A stretch of DNA of 64,000 bases from Gammaproteobacteria bacterium (lineage in GTDB: Bacteria > Pseudomonadota > Gammaproteobacteria > CAKMZV01): the NCBI GenBank assembly GCA_965277625.1, contig OZ255827.1:1717057-1781056 (forward strand), written 5' to 3'. The notes beneath the pieces were generated by a model. That model made no database searches, was not told the DNA's origin, and saw only the letters and a list, made by a program, of their open reading frames with translations. The translations under genes were made by a program, and so were the position numbers. Positions 39,575-50,237 of the stretch are shown piece after piece. Position 1 is the first letter of the stretch, and the number at the start of each line of letters is the position of its first letter.

Positions 39575-41863
39575 ATGATGAAAAAAGATTTATTAGACAA
39601 ACAAGCCCTTGAATATCATCGCTCCAACCCGCCAGGAAAATTAGCGATACAAGCAACCAAGCCGTTAAATACCCAGCATGATTTATCATTGGCTTATTCC
39701 CCTGGTGTGGCTGCCCCGTGTGAATTAATCAAACAAGACAATGCCTATGCTCGTGAATTTACTGGGCGTAACAATCTGGTCGGGGTTGTCACCAACGGGT
39801 CTTCTGTGCTCGGCTTAGGCAATATCGGCCCACTCGCCTCCAAGCCCGTAATGGAAGGCAAAGCCGTGTTATTTAAACGATTTAGTAACATCAATGTTTT
39901 TGACATCGAGATTGATGAAACCGATGTGGACAAATTTTGTGACATTGTGGCGTCACTTGAGCCAACCTTTGGTGGCATTAACTTAGAAGACATTAAGGCG
40001 CCAGAGTGCTTTGAAATTGAACGTATTTTGAACGAAAGGATGAACATTCCTGTGTTTCATGATGACCAACATGGAACTGCCATTACCGCTTCAGCAGCGC
40101 TGATCAATGCCTTGTATTTGACAGAGAAAAAAATCGAAGACATAAACATTGTTTGTAATGGCGCCGGTTCCGCTGGACTCGCCTGTTTAGACATGTTTGT
40201 ATGCTTGGGCGCACAGAAAAAGAACATCACGCTGTGCGACTCTAAAGGGGTCATTTACAAAGGGCGCACTGAGGGTATGAACCCCTACAAAGAAGCCTAT
40301 GCACAAGCACATAAAACCAGAACCTTAGAAGAAGCGTTTGTTGATGCCGATGTGTTTCTTGGGGTTTCTCGACCCAATTTGGTTACCAAAAAAATGATGT
40401 TGTCAATGGCCAAACAACCCATCATATTCGCCATGGCCAATCCTGAACCTGAAATTTTGCCCGAAGAAGCAAAAGCCATTCGCCCCGACGCCATTTGTGC
40501 AACGGGTCGATCAGATTATCCCAATCAAGTGAATAACGTGCTTTGCTTCCCTTTCTTGTTTAGGGGCGCATTAGACGTGGGTGCCATTGCCATCAATCAA
40601 GAAATGAAAATCGCCTGTGTACATGCCATTGCCAATTTGGCCAAAAGAGAGACTGACGATTCGGTACAAAAAGCCTATGCGGGTGAAGATTTACGCTTTG
40701 GCGCAGAAATGCTCATTCCCAAACCGTTCGACCCCCGATTGATGACTTCGATTCCACCAGCCATTGCAGAGAGTGCTATGAAGAGTGGCGTTGCAACACG
40801 TCCCATATCGGATATGAACGCGTACCGACACCAATTAGAGAGTATGGTGCACCGTTCGACTGGCGTCATGCAACCCATATTCGCAGCGGCACACAATGAA
40901 CCCAAACGCGTTGCCTTTGCCGATGCTGAAGATTACCGTGTGCTATCTGCCGTTCAAATGGCTGTGGATGAAGGCTTTGTCAAACCCATTTTAGTTGGAC
41001 GGCGTCGTGTTTTAGAAATCTTCAGCAAACGCGCAAATTTACGATTGGATTTGCAAAACGATGTTGAAATTGTCGATCCTGAAGACGATCCACGGTTTCG
41101 TGAATACCATAGTCTATACCATCATTTGATGGCTCGTAAAGGCATCAGCATCAACCAAAGTAAACTCATTGTGCGCACCGATACCACGGTCATCTCAGCA
41201 TTGATGCTAAAACGCTTAGAATGCGATGCCGTTATTTGTGGATTAAGTGGCACAGTACGTGACAATCTGAGACACATTAAAAACCTCATTGGCACCCAAG
41301 ACGATATAAAAAATGTCGTTGGAGTACACGGTGTGCTTATTAATGGTCGTTCAGTATTTTTGGCCGATACGGTTTATTACGACAACCCTACGGCTGAAGA
41401 GCTCGTAGAAATCATTAAAATGTCTGCCCAAGTCGTGAAATGTTTTGGGCTTGAACCGAGAATAGCGCTGCTTTCTCATTCAAATTTTGGCAGTTCCTAC
41501 TTACCCTGCGCACGCAAGATGAACAAAGCGCTTAAACTCGCCATGGCACAAATGCCTGATTATAAGATTGATGGTGAAATGCAAGCCGATGCCGCCTTAG
41601 ATGAATACGCTCGCAGAAATTTCATTAATGATGTGAAGTTTGAAGGCGCAGCCAATTTATTGATTATGCCCAACATTGATGCTTCGAGTATTGCTTACCG
41701 TTTACTCAAAAGCGCGTCCGAAGGTTTTACCATTGGACCCATACTGACTGGCACAGCCCAACCCATTCATTTGATGAATAGCACCACCAGTGTTCGTAGT
41801 ATTTATAATATGATTGCTTATGCGGTTGCAGAAGCACAAAAAACCACACACTTACCGTTTTAA
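39575..41863 (+). CDS. maeB: NADP-dependent malic enzyme with C-terminal PTA-like domain (MaeB type)
   Basis: 762 aa. The N-terminal malic enzyme blocks are [36 protein letters not shown] and NGAGSAG. About 330 aa of phosphotransacetylase-like C-terminus follow. Confidence 0.9.
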   Translation: MMKKDLLDKQALEYHRSNPPGKLAIQATKPLNTQHDLSLAYSPGVAAPCELIKQDNAYAREFTGRNNLVGVVTNGSSVLGLGNIGPLASKPVMEGKAVLFKRFSNINVFDIEIDETDVDKFCDIVASLEPTFGGINLEDIKAPECFEIERILNERMNIPVFHDDQHGTAITASAALINALYLTEKKIEDINIVCNGAGSAGLACLDMFVCLGAQKKNITLCDSKGVIYKGRTEGMNPYKEAYAQAHKTRTLEEAFVDADVFLGVSRPNLVTKKMMLSMAKQPIIFAMANPEPEILPEEAKAIRPDAICATGRSDYPNQVNNVLCFPFLFRGALDVGAIAINQEMKIACVHAIANLAKRETDDSVQKAYAGEDLRFGAEMLIPKPFDPRLMTSIPPAIAESAMKSGVATRPISDMNAYRHQLESMVHRSTGVMQPIFAAAHNEPKRVAFADAEDYRVLSAVQMAVDEGFVKPILVGRRRVLEIFSKRANLRLDLQNDVEIVDPEDDPRFREYHSLYHHLMARKGISINQSKLIVRTDTTVISALMLKRLECDAVICGLSGTVRDNLRHIKNLIGTQDDIKNVVGVHGVLINGRSVFLADTVYYDNPTAEELVEIIKMSAQVVKCFGLEPRIALLSHSNFGSSYLPCARKMNKALKLAMAQMPDYKIDGEMQADAALDEYARRNFINDVKFEGAANLLIMPNIDASSIAYRLLKSASEGFTIGPILTGTAQPIHLMNSTTSVRSIYNMIAYAVAEAQKTTHLPF

Positions 41864-41925
41864 ATCTAAGATTAAACTCCTAAGCAACGTATTTGACAGA
41901 CGTTGGGTATTTAAGTCAGATTGTT

Positions 41926-42420
41926 TTAGCGACTTTCTTGTTCGCTTTCTTCTGAGGTAGCTTCTTCAGCAGCAACTTCTTCAGCAACCACTTCTTCAGC
42001 AACCACTTCTTCAGCAGCAGCTTCTTCAGCAACCACTTCTTCAGTGGCAACTGCTTCAGCAACAGTGGCTTCTACAGCAACAGTTTCTGCAACCTTTTTA
42101 GATTTTGATTCAGGTTTGACCGTTTCCGTTGGTTTTTTCGTTATTTTTTCTAAACGTGCAGGTAAGTCTTGATGATCATTACGAGCGGATAATTTATACA
42201 ACGACGCAACTCTGTCCGATGGCTGTGCGCCCTGCGATACCCAATGTTGATAACGACTGGCATTTAAGCTAAGCGATATTTCCTGCCCTCTTGCAATGAC
42301 GTTATAAAAACCCAATTTTTCAATGAATTTACCATCTCTGCTTCTACGCTTATCTGCAACGACAATTGTATAAAAAGGACGCTTTTTAGCACCGCCCCTT
42401 GCCAAACGAATAACTACCAT
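41926..42420 (-). CDS. rpsP: 30S ribosomal protein S16 with an ~80-aa acidic Ala/Glu/Val-rich C-terminal extension
   Basis: The N-terminal [40 protein letters not shown] is canonical S16. At 164 aa it is about double the usual size, and the tail reads ...[45 protein letters not shown]. Confidence 0.85.
   Translation of the reverse strand: MVVIRLARGGAKKRPFYTIVVADKRRSRDGKFIEKLGFYNVIARGQEISLSLNASRYQHWVSQGAQPSDRVASLYKLSARNDHQDLPARLEKITKKPTETVKPESKSKKVAETVAVEATVAEAVATEEVVAEEAAAEEVVAEEVVAEEVAAEEATSEESEQESR
41961..42080. repeat. In-frame tandem 15-nt repeat (about 8 units) encoding the S16 tail
   Basis: Units read off the plus strand at 41961, 41976, 41991, 42006, 42021, 42036, 42051 and 42066: CTTCTTCAGCARCMA and degenerate copies. 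The three units at 41976, 41991 and 42021 are identical (CTTCTTCAGCAACCA). Confidence 0.8.
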
Positions 42421-42532
42421 TCAAACTCCGATTATTTAGTGATCTCTTAAGGTGCAAAGAACACCCCAGATTAGAGGGATGGCATTATACCCAAAAGCGG
42501 GACAATGAACCGTTATTCTGTACTAAGAAAGC

Positions 42533-42556
42533 ACAATTATTCGTATAAATAATTGT
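42533..42556. promoter_or_regulatory. Perfect 9-bp inverted repeat ACAATTATT-N6-AATAATTGT (candidate operator) in the rpsP/SRPBCC divergent region
   Basis: The arms at 42533-42541 and 42548-42556 are exact reverse complements. A third half-site-like ACAATTG follows at about 42565. Confidence 0.3.
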
Positions 42557-42639
42557 CAAACACGACAATTGCCTCATAAATCCCCTTTTCTGATATAGTA
42601 TAGCGTCAAACAACTGTATAAAACCTAATGGAGGTTCCT

Positions 42640-43629
42640 ATGACAATCTTATGGATTATTGTTGCCATTTTTGGGATTGGTTTAATTTATTTAGCGAGCA
42701 AACCCGGCAAATTTAATGTTTCTGAAAGCATCACTGTTAAAGCACCTGTTGGCGATGTGTTTAACAAAATATTGGATTTAAAAACCTGGGCGAATTGGAG
42801 TCCATGGGTGATGCACGAACCCGATGTGAAGTTGAATTTCAGCGACGACATCGATCAAGAAGGTGGCCACTACAGCTGGGATGGCGCACACATTGGCAGC
42901 GGCAAGCTCATGCACGTTAAACTTGAAACCAATGCCCGCATCCTCCAAAAAATCACCTTTTTAAAACCTTTTAAAAATACCGCCGATATTGAGTGGTCAT
43001 TTGCTGAAGAAACAGAGGGGACTAAACTGACTTGGCAAATGCATGGTTCAATGCCCTTTTTCTTTCGCTGGATGGTGCCTATGATGATTCGGATGATCAG
43101 CAGTGACTACAAGGTTGGTTTGCGCTTATTAAATCAATTACTAGACCCATCGGCGCCCAAATTTCAAGTGCAATTTGACGGGGCGGTTGATCGAGAAGCA
43201 TTATCAGGCATCAGTCAGCATTTCCAAGGGTCGTTTGAGCAGTTACCGCAAGCGATGGAAAAATCCTTCACCCATTTATTGGGCAAGGTTGAATCAGAAA
43301 ATTTGAAAATATCATCACATTTTTTTGCTGCTTATTCCAAAACCGATATCAAAAAGATGACTACCCAGTGTGATATGGTCGTCCCCATTGAATCCTTGGA
43401 TGAGATCGATGCCGAGAAATACACGGCGCCGGCAGGAAAATACTTTAAGATTACCTACAACGGACGCTATGATTATTTGGAACAAGTTTGGTTCAGCGCT
43501 GCTTCACACTTAAGAATGCACAAAATTAAATGGGATACCAACAGACCTTCTTTGGAAATTTATATAGCCGATCCCAGGAATGCAGAGCCCGATCAGCTGG
43601 TTACAGAATTATATTTGCCCATACGTTAG
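42640..43629 (+). CDS. Membrane-anchored SRPBCC (polyketide_cyc2-like) plus GyrI-like small-molecule-binding fusion protein
   Basis: Track ORF 42628..43629; GGAGG (42630-42634) favours ATG 42640. It has an N-terminal TM segment (ILWIIVAIFGIGLIYL). The SRPBCC-like part includes VFNKILDLKTWANWSPW. The C-terminus (AGKYFKITYNGRYDYLEQVW...PSLEIYI...TELYLPI) looks like the GyrI/AraC-effector fold. Confidence 0.5.
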   Translation: MTILWIIVAIFGIGLIYLASKPGKFNVSESITVKAPVGDVFNKILDLKTWANWSPWVMHEPDVKLNFSDDIDQEGGHYSWDGAHIGSGKLMHVKLETNARILQKITFLKPFKNTADIEWSFAEETEGTKLTWQMHGSMPFFFRWMVPMMIRMISSDYKVGLRLLNQLLDPSAPKFQVQFDGAVDREALSGISQHFQGSFEQLPQAMEKSFTHLLGKVESENLKISSHFFAAYSKTDIKKMTTQCDMVVPIESLDEIDAEKYTAPAGKYFKITYNGRYDYLEQVWFSAASHLRMHKIKWDTNRPSLEIYIADPRNAEPDQLVTELYLPIR

Positions 43630-43658
43630 AGGTGGCGCATCGATGCAAAGCGCAATAG

Positions 43659-44177
43659 TCACGAGGCGCTTTCGTTGATCACATCTTCTAATAGCGACTC
43701 TGTGACAGGTCCTGCCCGCTGATAAACTAATTGACCCTTTGGGTCTAATACGTAGGTGCTGGGCAATCCAACCAATTGGCCAAAGGGCGTTTTTCCTTCA
43801 AGGTTATTGGCAAAAGCCAGAGGAAAGTTGATGAAATAATTATCGGCAAAGGCTTCAATCTTTGTCACATTGGGCTCTTCATAATTTATACCAAGCACCA
43901 CCGCTTTTACTTTGCTCTGAGCATCATCTTGGTGTTTATCATGAAAAGTTTGTAGCTCTGGCATCTCAGCAACACAGGGCGGACACCATGTTGCCCAGTA
44001 ATTTATGACCACCCACTGACCTCTATACGCCTCTAAATCAATGGTTTGACCATCAATGCCTTGCCATTGAGCATTCACTGGATTTGACTGAGAGCAGGCG
44101 TTGCCAACGACGGCCAGCAACACAACGCAGAATAGCTTTGCTGATGTCAGCCCACGCTTTGCCATGAGTTTGTACAT
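43659..44177 (-). CDS. TlpA/ResA-like thiol:disulfide oxidoreductase lipoprotein
   Basis: 172 aa with the lipobox VVGNAC and the thioredoxin motif WATWCPPCVAEMPEL. Confidence 0.8.
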   Translation of the reverse strand: MYKLMAKRGLTSAKLFCVVLLAVVGNACSQSNPVNAQWQGIDGQTIDLEAYRGQWVVINYWATWCPPCVAEMPELQTFHDKHQDDAQSKVKAVVLGINYEEPNVTKIEAFADNYFINFPLAFANNLEGKTPFGQLVGLPSTYVLDPKGQLVYQRAGPVTESLLEDVINESAS

Positions 44178-44374
44178 GTATGATTCTCCTTTATGATTTC
44201 ATCAATCCAACATTTAAATATCCGACGGCATCCAAAAACAACAAGAATAATGGGCTATAACCGTCACCTTATTATCGCTTACAATAAACCATAATATTAA
44301 AGGTTTGCTTAGGGTCTTAAGCAGGTCTTTATACAACGAACCTCAATAGAGTCCCTTTAAATACTCATTTAAAT

Positions 44375-44737
44375 ATGAACACTTCCTGGCTGATAATTTG
44401 GAGAGCAATGAGTGGCCTTGCCATCGCTTGGGTTTTGTTGTGGTTTTTAGTGTGGCAACCCTCTACGCTCTTTAATCCATTGGCTATTTTAAGTTGGGTC
44501 ATATTCCCTTGGCTGTACATTTTTTATGCAACGCGCAAAGGCCATTATAAACCCCTTTTTTTGGCGCTCATTGTAACATTATTTTTCAGTATAATAAGCA
44601 TGAGCTACCTAAGTAGCCAGGACTGGTATTATGCACTTCCTTCCTTCATTTTATGGTTCTCGGCCTTTTATTGTGGATACAAGCACTTGAAAACCATCAA
44701 ACAAACCCTAATTAACACAACGCAAAAAAATGACTGA
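44375..44737 (+). CDS. Small integral membrane protein, unknown function
   Basis: 120 aa, Trp-rich, with about 4 hydrophobic spans. It overlaps the purB start by 8 nt. I recognise no family. Confidence 0.4.
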   Translation: MNTSWLIIWRAMSGLAIAWVLLWFLVWQPSTLFNPLAILSWVIFPWLYIFYATRKGHYKPLFLALIVTLFFSIISMSYLSSQDWYYALPSFILWFSAFYCGYKHLKTIKQTLINTTQKND

Positions 44738-46097
44738 TCACGCCTCTTTAACGGCACTTTCTCCGCTTGATGGCCGTTACCTAAACCAAAGTTTGGTCTT
44801 ACAGAAATATTTTAGCGAATACGCTTTGATCCATAATCGAGTACGCGTTGAAATTGAATGGTTGATTGCATTAGCCAACCACTCTGGCATTGCAGAAGTG
44901 CCTGAATTTAATGATGATGAGCTGGCATATTTAAAAGATATTGCCCTCAAGTTCACTGTTGATGAAGCACTCAAGGTCAAAGCGCACGAAGCCACAACCA
45001 ATCACGATGTTAAAGCCGTTGAATACTACCTAAAAGATCGATTATTGGCGCATAAAACCTTGGCCAAAACTGTGGAATTTATACACTTTGGCTGCACCTC
45101 AGAAGACATTAACAACCTTGCTTATGCTTTGAGCCTAGCTGAAGTGCGCCCACTGCTTGTTGCGCATCTTACGACGTTGCAAACCTTGTTAAAGCAATTT
45201 GCCAACGAATTTTCAGCCATTCCCATGTTATCCAAAACCCATGGACAATCTGCCTCTCCAACCACAGTGGGCAAAGAGTTTGCCAATGTTCATGAACGAT
45301 TAAAGCGCCAGATAAATGGTTTAGAGCAAGTGATTGTGCTTGGCAAAATGAATGGCGCCGTGGGTAATTTTAATGCCCATTTATGCGCTTACCCAGAAGT
45401 TGATTGGGATCAAATGTCCGCCTCGTTTATAGCGGGATTAGGGTTGACTGATAACCCCTACACCACCCAAATAGAACCGCATGATTATTGCGCTGAATAT
45501 TTTCACGCATTGTGTCGCATCAATACAGTGCTCATCGATTTGAGTCGCGATATTTGGGGCTATATTTCTTTTGCTTATTTCCGTCAGAAAACCAAAGCTG
45601 GCGAAGTTGGGTCTTCAACCATGCCGCACAAAGTTAATCCGATTGATTTTGAAAATGCTGAGGGCAACTTGGGCATGGCCAATGCATTGCTAAGCCATTT
45701 TGCAGAAAAATTACCCATTTCGAGATTTCAACGAGATTTGTCCGATTCAACCGTACAACGAAATATTGGCATGGCAATAGGATACAGTCTAGTGGCGTGG
45801 ACATCGCTCAAAAAAGGTTTGAACAAACTGCAAGTCAATCACTCGGCCTTACAAGCAGATCTTGATAATAATCCTGAAGTCTTGGCTGAAGCCGTGCAAA
45901 CGGTTATGAGAAGGTACGGCATTGAAAAACCGTATGAAAAACTCAAATCATTAACGCGCGGACAACGAATTACACTGAACGATCTACATCAATTCATCCA
46001 AACCTTAGACATTCCAAACGATGCAAAACAACGTTTACTGCAATTAAAGCCTGATAACTATCTGGGTAATGCCATAAACAAATCAGATATAATTTAA
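44730..46097 (+). CDS. purB: Adenylosuccinate lyase
   Basis: 455 aa with LSPLDGRY, the signature GSSTMPHKVNPIDFEN and QRDLSDS. Confidence 0.9.
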   Translation: MTDHASLTALSPLDGRYLNQSLVLQKYFSEYALIHNRVRVEIEWLIALANHSGIAEVPEFNDDELAYLKDIALKFTVDEALKVKAHEATTNHDVKAVEYYLKDRLLAHKTLAKTVEFIHFGCTSEDINNLAYALSLAEVRPLLVAHLTTLQTLLKQFANEFSAIPMLSKTHGQSASPTTVGKEFANVHERLKRQINGLEQVIVLGKMNGAVGNFNAHLCAYPEVDWDQMSASFIAGLGLTDNPYTTQIEPHDYCAEYFHALCRINTVLIDLSRDIWGYISFAYFRQKTKAGEVGSSTMPHKVNPIDFENAEGNLGMANALLSHFAEKLPISRFQRDLSDSTVQRNIGMAIGYSLVAWTSLKKGLNKLQVNHSALQADLDNNPEVLAEAVQTVMRRYGIEKPYEKLKSLTRGQRITLNDLHQFIQTLDIPNDAKQRLLQLKPDNYLGNAINKSDII

Positions 46098-46146
46098 TCT
46101 TATTTTATCTATTTAAAAATCATCTGTTATTCAAAACTCATCTTCT

Positions 46147-46509
46147 ATGCTAAAACATGCGCTTCTCTTGACGGTTATTATTTTTATTCAAGCTTGTTCA
46201 ACAACGCCAAAATACATTGTCGATACCAAATATCTCGATAAAGCGGAATTTGACCAAGATGTGTTGGAATGCGAAGCCATTGCAGAACAAGTTGATGTGA
46301 GCGGTGAAGCAGGTGAATCTGCTTTGGAAGGTGCCGCAGTCGGAGGTGTTATCGGTGCGATTGCAGGCGGAGACACTGAAACTGCTGGTCGCGGTGCGGC
46401 GATTGGCGGTGCTTTAGGTCTATTAGGCGGCGTCGGTGAAGCCGAACAGCAGAAATATAATATCGCCAGAAAATGCCTACAAAATAGAGGCTACGAACTC
46501 CTTAATTAA
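46147..46509 (+). CDS. Glycine-zipper lipoprotein
   Basis: 120 aa with the lipobox FIQAC and a Gly-zipper region, GAAVGGVIGAIAGG...GAAIGGALGLLGGVG. Confidence 0.6.
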   Translation: MLKHALLLTVIIFIQACSTTPKYIVDTKYLDKAEFDQDVLECEAIAEQVDVSGEAGESALEGAAVGGVIGAIAGGDTETAGRGAAIGGALGLLGGVGEAEQQKYNIARKCLQNRGYELLN

Positions 46510-46551
46510 AAAAGTGACCATGACGGGTCTGACTTGCTTATAGTCCCTGTG

Positions 46552-47736
46552 TTATTCCACCTTAATGGTGGCAAATTTTCGTTTGCCAACTTGAAATATG
46601 CCTGATTTCCCTGAATCAATTGTTTCTAATGAAGTGATTTTTTCACCTTCAAATTTAACAGCGCCTTGACCAATAAGCCTTCTTGCTTCAGAGGTTGTTG
46701 CACATAATTGTGCGGCCACCAATAAGTTGGGCAAAGGTTGGCTCGCTAAGGTAAAAACGGGCATGTCCTCTGGGGGTTTGTTGTGTCGAAATTGACCAGT
46801 AAATGCCTGCTCTGATGACACTGCCGTGGCTTCATCATAAAACCGCGCCACAATTTCTCGACCTAATAGCGCCTTTATATCCCGAGGATTTTCACCCTTG
46901 TCTATCTGGTCTTTATACGATTGAATCACCTCAGAAGATTGAAAACTGAGCAGTTCATAATAGCGCCACATCAGTTCATCGGAAACCGACATGATTTTGG
47001 CAAATATATCATTTGGCGCATCATCAATGCCTATGTAATTGTGCAAGGATTTTGACATCTTTTGCACCCCATCCAACCCTTCTAACAATGGCAAGGTCAT
47101 AATCACTTGGGGGTCTTGACCCACCTGTTTTTGTAAGTCCCGACCCATCAATAAATTAAATTTTTGGTCTGTACCGCCCAACTCGACATCGGCTTGCATT
47201 TCGACAGAGTCCCAGCCCTGCACCAAAGGATATAAAAATTCATGGATGGCAATGGGTTGATTGTTTTGATAGCGTTTGGAAAAATCATCCCGCTCCAACA
47301 TGCGTGCTACTGTTTCTCTCGAGGCCAAGCGTACCAAATCTGCCGCGCTTTTTTTGCCGTGCCAGCTGGCATTAAAAAGTATTTGTGTTTTTTCTGGGTC
47401 TAAGATTTTAAAAACTTGATCGGCGTAGGATTTGGCATTTTGTTCTATGTCTTCATCACTCAAAGGCGGGCGCGTTTTATTCTTGCCGCTTGGGTCTCCA
47501 ATTCGACCGGTAAAGTCACCAATGAGAAACAGCACCTCGTGCCCCAAATCTTGAAATTGACGAAGTTTGTTGATGAGGACTGTGTGCCCCAAGTGTAAAT
47601 CAGGGGCTGTGGGGTCAAATCCGGCTTTGATTCTTAACGGTCGGCCCAGTTTTAATTTTTCAATAAAGGCTTCGCGTGGAATGATTTCATCTGCGCCACG
47701 AAATAATAATTCAAAATCTTTCTCTATTTCACTCAT
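46552..47736 (-). CDS. tyrS: Tyrosine--tRNA ligase (type 2)
   Basis: Track ORF 46552..47829. The homologous product starts at ATG 47736 ([11 protein letters not shown]...), overlapping the hisE stop by 8 nt. It has HIGH (DLHLGH), KMSKS (KMSKSL) and a C-terminal S4-like domain. Confidence 0.9.
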   Translation of the reverse strand: MSEIEKDFELLFRGADEIIPREAFIEKLKLGRPLRIKAGFDPTAPDLHLGHTVLINKLRQFQDLGHEVLFLIGDFTGRIGDPSGKNKTRPPLSDEDIEQNAKSYADQVFKILDPEKTQILFNASWHGKKSAADLVRLASRETVARMLERDDFSKRYQNNQPIAIHEFLYPLVQGWDSVEMQADVELGGTDQKFNLLMGRDLQKQVGQDPQVIMTLPLLEGLDGVQKMSKSLHNYIGIDDAPNDIFAKIMSVSDELMWRYYELLSFQSSEVIQSYKDQIDKGENPRDIKALLGREIVARFYDEATAVSSEQAFTGQFRHNKPPEDMPVFTLASQPLPNLLVAAQLCATTSEARRLIGQGAVKFEGEKITSLETIDSGKSGIFQVGKRKFATIKVE

Positions 47737-48055
47737 GGTTTTTACGCCCTGCTTTTTCAACCAACCCAGAAACCCCTTCTCGCCTGGCCAATTCACGCAA
47801 CAGATCATCGAGGGTTTTGTCGTGTGCATTCAATAAAACCAAACTGTGAAACCACAAATCTGCCACTTCATAAACCAAGTGATTCGCATCGCCAGATTGG
47901 CTTGCTTCGACACATTCACGGGCTTCCTCAATCATTTTATCATTGATTTTTGTCGGTCCTGCTTGTAACAACGAAGCCACATACGATTTTTCTGTAGCCC
48001 CTGCCTTACGGTTTTGAATGGTTTGTTGTAATGATTGAAGTATCTGATTATCCAT
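47729..48055 (-). CDS. hisE: Phosphoribosyl-ATP pyrophosphatase (stand-alone HisE)
   Basis: 108 aa with SYVASLL, the EEARE.VEA pattern and [16 protein letters not shown]. Confidence 0.85.
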   Translation of the reverse strand: MDNQILQSLQQTIQNRKAGATEKSYVASLLQAGPTKINDKMIEEARECVEASQSGDANHLVYEVADLWFHSLVLLNAHDKTLDDLLRELARREGVSGLVEKAGRKNHE

Positions 48056-48070
48056 CGCTGATTGTCCTCA

Positions 48071-48871
48071 CTATGTTTGACTCAATGACATCCGTCTCAA
48101 AATTGGGTTCTCTACAGGTCTAACAGCAATGCCTTGTTCAGACATATACTGTTTGGCTTCACTGAGCGTGTACTCGGAAAAATGAAATATACTGGCCGCC
48201 AACACAGCGTCTGCTTTACCGATTAAAATGCCTTCGGCCAAATGCTGTAAATTGCCAACGCCACCAGAAGCTATGACCGGAATGGTTACGGCTTCGCTCA
48301 CGCTTTGGCACAGCTTCAAATCGAAGCCATTTTTGGTGCCATCTTGATCCATGCTCGTTAATAGTAATTCACCGGCGCCATATTGTGCCATTTTTTCGGC
48401 CCATGCAACTGCGTCAATGCCTGTGGCTTGCCGACCGCCATGGGTATAAACTTCCCATTGGTTATCACCAACTTGTCTAGCATCAATGGCCACAACAATG
48501 CATTGAGCACCGTAGTGGTCTGCCACTTGTTTAATCATGTCCGGATTGCTAATGGCTGCAGTATTTATGCCGACCTTATCTGCCCCTGCTTGCAACATCC
48601 GCGCCACATCGCCAATGCTTTTAATACCGCCGCCCACCGTCAGAGGGATGAATACCTGCTCTGCAACTTTGGTCACCATGGCATAGGTGCTGTCTCGGCC
48701 GTCGCTCGAAGCGGTGATGTCCAAAAACACCAATTCATCGGCACCCATTCTGGCATAGCGGGCTGCAACTGAGACGGGGTCGCCAGCATCCCTTAAATTC
48801 AGGAAATTGACGCCTTTAACAACTCGGCCACCGTCCACATCCAGACAGGGTATTAAACGTTTGGTAAACAT
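48071..48871 (-). CDS. hisF: Imidazole glycerol phosphate synthase cyclase subunit
   Basis: 266 aa with [28 protein letters not shown] and ASGG blocks. Confidence 0.9.
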   Translation of the reverse strand: MFTKRLIPCLDVDGGRVVKGVNFLNLRDAGDPVSVAARYARMGADELVFLDITASSDGRDSTYAMVTKVAEQVFIPLTVGGGIKSIGDVARMLQAGADKVGINTAAISNPDMIKQVADHYGAQCIVVAIDARQVGDNQWEVYTHGGRQATGIDAVAWAEKMAQYGAGELLLTSMDQDGTKNGFDLKLCQSVSEAVTIPVIASGGVGNLQHLAEGILIGKADAVLAASIFHFSEYTLSEAKQYMSEQGIAVRPVENPILRRMSLSQT

Positions 48872-48875
48872 CGCT

Positions 48876-49619
48876 TCAATGTTGTTTCATGCGCGCATCA
48901 GCGTATTGTTGAGCCGCTTGTAAATCCAAATCACCGGTATAAATGGCACGACCAGTGATGGCGCCCTTAATACCGCTGCTGGCCACAGCGCACAATGCCT
49001 CTATGTCTTCCAGATTTTTGACACCACCAGAAGCAATCACTGGGCATTCTGACACTTGTGCGATTTTTTGAGTGGCAGTGACGTTGACGCCGCTTAACAT
49101 GCCATCGCGTGAAATATCTGTGTAAACAATGCTGTCCAAAGCCAGACCGTGGCATTTTTGCGCCAAGTCTAAGGCGCTGATGCTGGCCACTTCTGCCCAT
49201 CCGTCAACCGCAACCATGCCATTCTTGGCATCAATGCCAAGCATAATTTTGCCTGGGTACTGCGCACAAGCTTCAACCAGAAATTCAAAAGATTCTATGG
49301 CTTTGGTCCCCATGATGCACCAACCTATGCCCAAATCAAAATAATGCGCCAAAGTTGCCATAGAGCGAATCCCACCTCCTACTTGAATGGGCAGATTCGG
49401 CAAGGCTTGACATATGTCGGCAATCACTTCATGATTACGCGGCTGAGCGGCAAAAGCACCGTCCAAATCGACAATGTGTAAGCGCCGAGCGCCGAGTTCA
49501 TTCCAATGCTTGGCGACAGAAACCGCATCTTCACCATAGACATCGGCCTTATTCATATCCCCTTGCTGTAAGCGCACACACTGTCCGGCTTTCAAATCAA
49601 TGGCTGGAATAATAATCAT
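48876..49619 (-). CDS. hisA: ProFAR isomerase
   Basis: 247 aa with [33 protein letters not shown] and ASGGV. Confidence 0.9.
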   Translation of the reverse strand: MIIIPAIDLKAGQCVRLQQGDMNKADVYGEDAVSVAKHWNELGARRLHIVDLDGAFAAQPRNHEVIADICQALPNLPIQVGGGIRSMATLAHYFDLGIGWCIMGTKAIESFEFLVEACAQYPGKIMLGIDAKNGMVAVDGWAEVASISALDLAQKCHGLALDSIVYTDISRDGMLSGVNVTATQKIAQVSECPVIASGGVKNLEDIEALCAVASSGIKGAITGRAIYTGDLDLQAAQQYADARMKQH

Positions 49620-49622
49620 GGC

Positions 49623-50237
49623 TTATACAGATTGGCAAAAATTGGTCAGTAAACGTAGCCCCGACTCGCCGCTTTTTTCAGGATGTGCTTGAATGGCAAA
49701 CAGTTGATTTTTGGCAACCGCACTGCAAAACGATTCGCCGTATTCACTGAGGGCAACCACTTCATCGGCTCGACTGGGTTGAACATAGTAACTGTGTACA
49801 AAGTAAAAAAATGCCGCTTTTAAACCATGCAACAAAGGATGATCCCATTGGGCATGAAGACGATTCCAACCAATTTGAGGAATCTTTAAATCTTTGGATT
49901 CAAAGCGTTTGACCCGACCTTCAATGATGCCCAAACCTTCAACCCCGCCATCTTCTTCGCTATAATCCATTAAGACTTGCAAACCCATACAAATGCCCAA
50001 AAATGGTTTCTCATTGATGGCTTTTTGAATCAAGTTGTCTAACTCATACTTCTGCAAAGCAAGCATACATTGTCTGGCAGCACCCTGCCCAGGGAATACA
50101 ATTGCGTCGGCTTGTTCAATCACATCAGCATCTCGACTCACAATAACCCTATGTGGACAAACATGACGAACCGCCCGTTCTACTGAATATAAGTTGCCCG
50201 AGTCATAATCTATAATGACTACAGATTTCACAAACAA
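49623..50237 (-). CDS. hisH: Imidazole glycerol phosphate synthase glutaminase subunit
   Basis: 204 aa with [10 protein letters not shown], the catalytic GICMGLQ and FVHSY...QAHPEKS. Confidence 0.9.
   Translation of the reverse strand: MFVKSVVIIDYDSGNLYSVERAVRHVCPHRVIVSRDADVIEQADAIVFPGQGAARQCMLALQKYELDNLIQKAINEKPFLGICMGLQVLMDYSEEDGGVEGLGIIEGRVKRFESKDLKIPQIGWNRLHAQWDHPLLHGLKAAFFYFVHSYYVQPSRADEVVALSEYGESFCSAVAKNQLFAIQAHPEKSGESGLRLLTNFCQSV

Noticed and set aside
41961-42080. Tandem repeat array that might be a CRISPR or intergenic VNTR.
   Set aside because: The period is 15 nt with no spacers. It is entirely in frame inside rpsP, so it is a coding low-complexity repeat.
47737-47829. 5' extensions of tracked ORFs: tyrS to 47829, hisB to 50890, argG from 20315, rpmB from 37027, prfA from 33150 and the GT4 to 56996.
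   Set aside because: In each case the conserved N-terminus of the family begins at an internal ATG. That ATG often has an RBS or a stop/start overlap with the upstream gene. The extension would overlap the neighbouring gene or add non-homologous residues.
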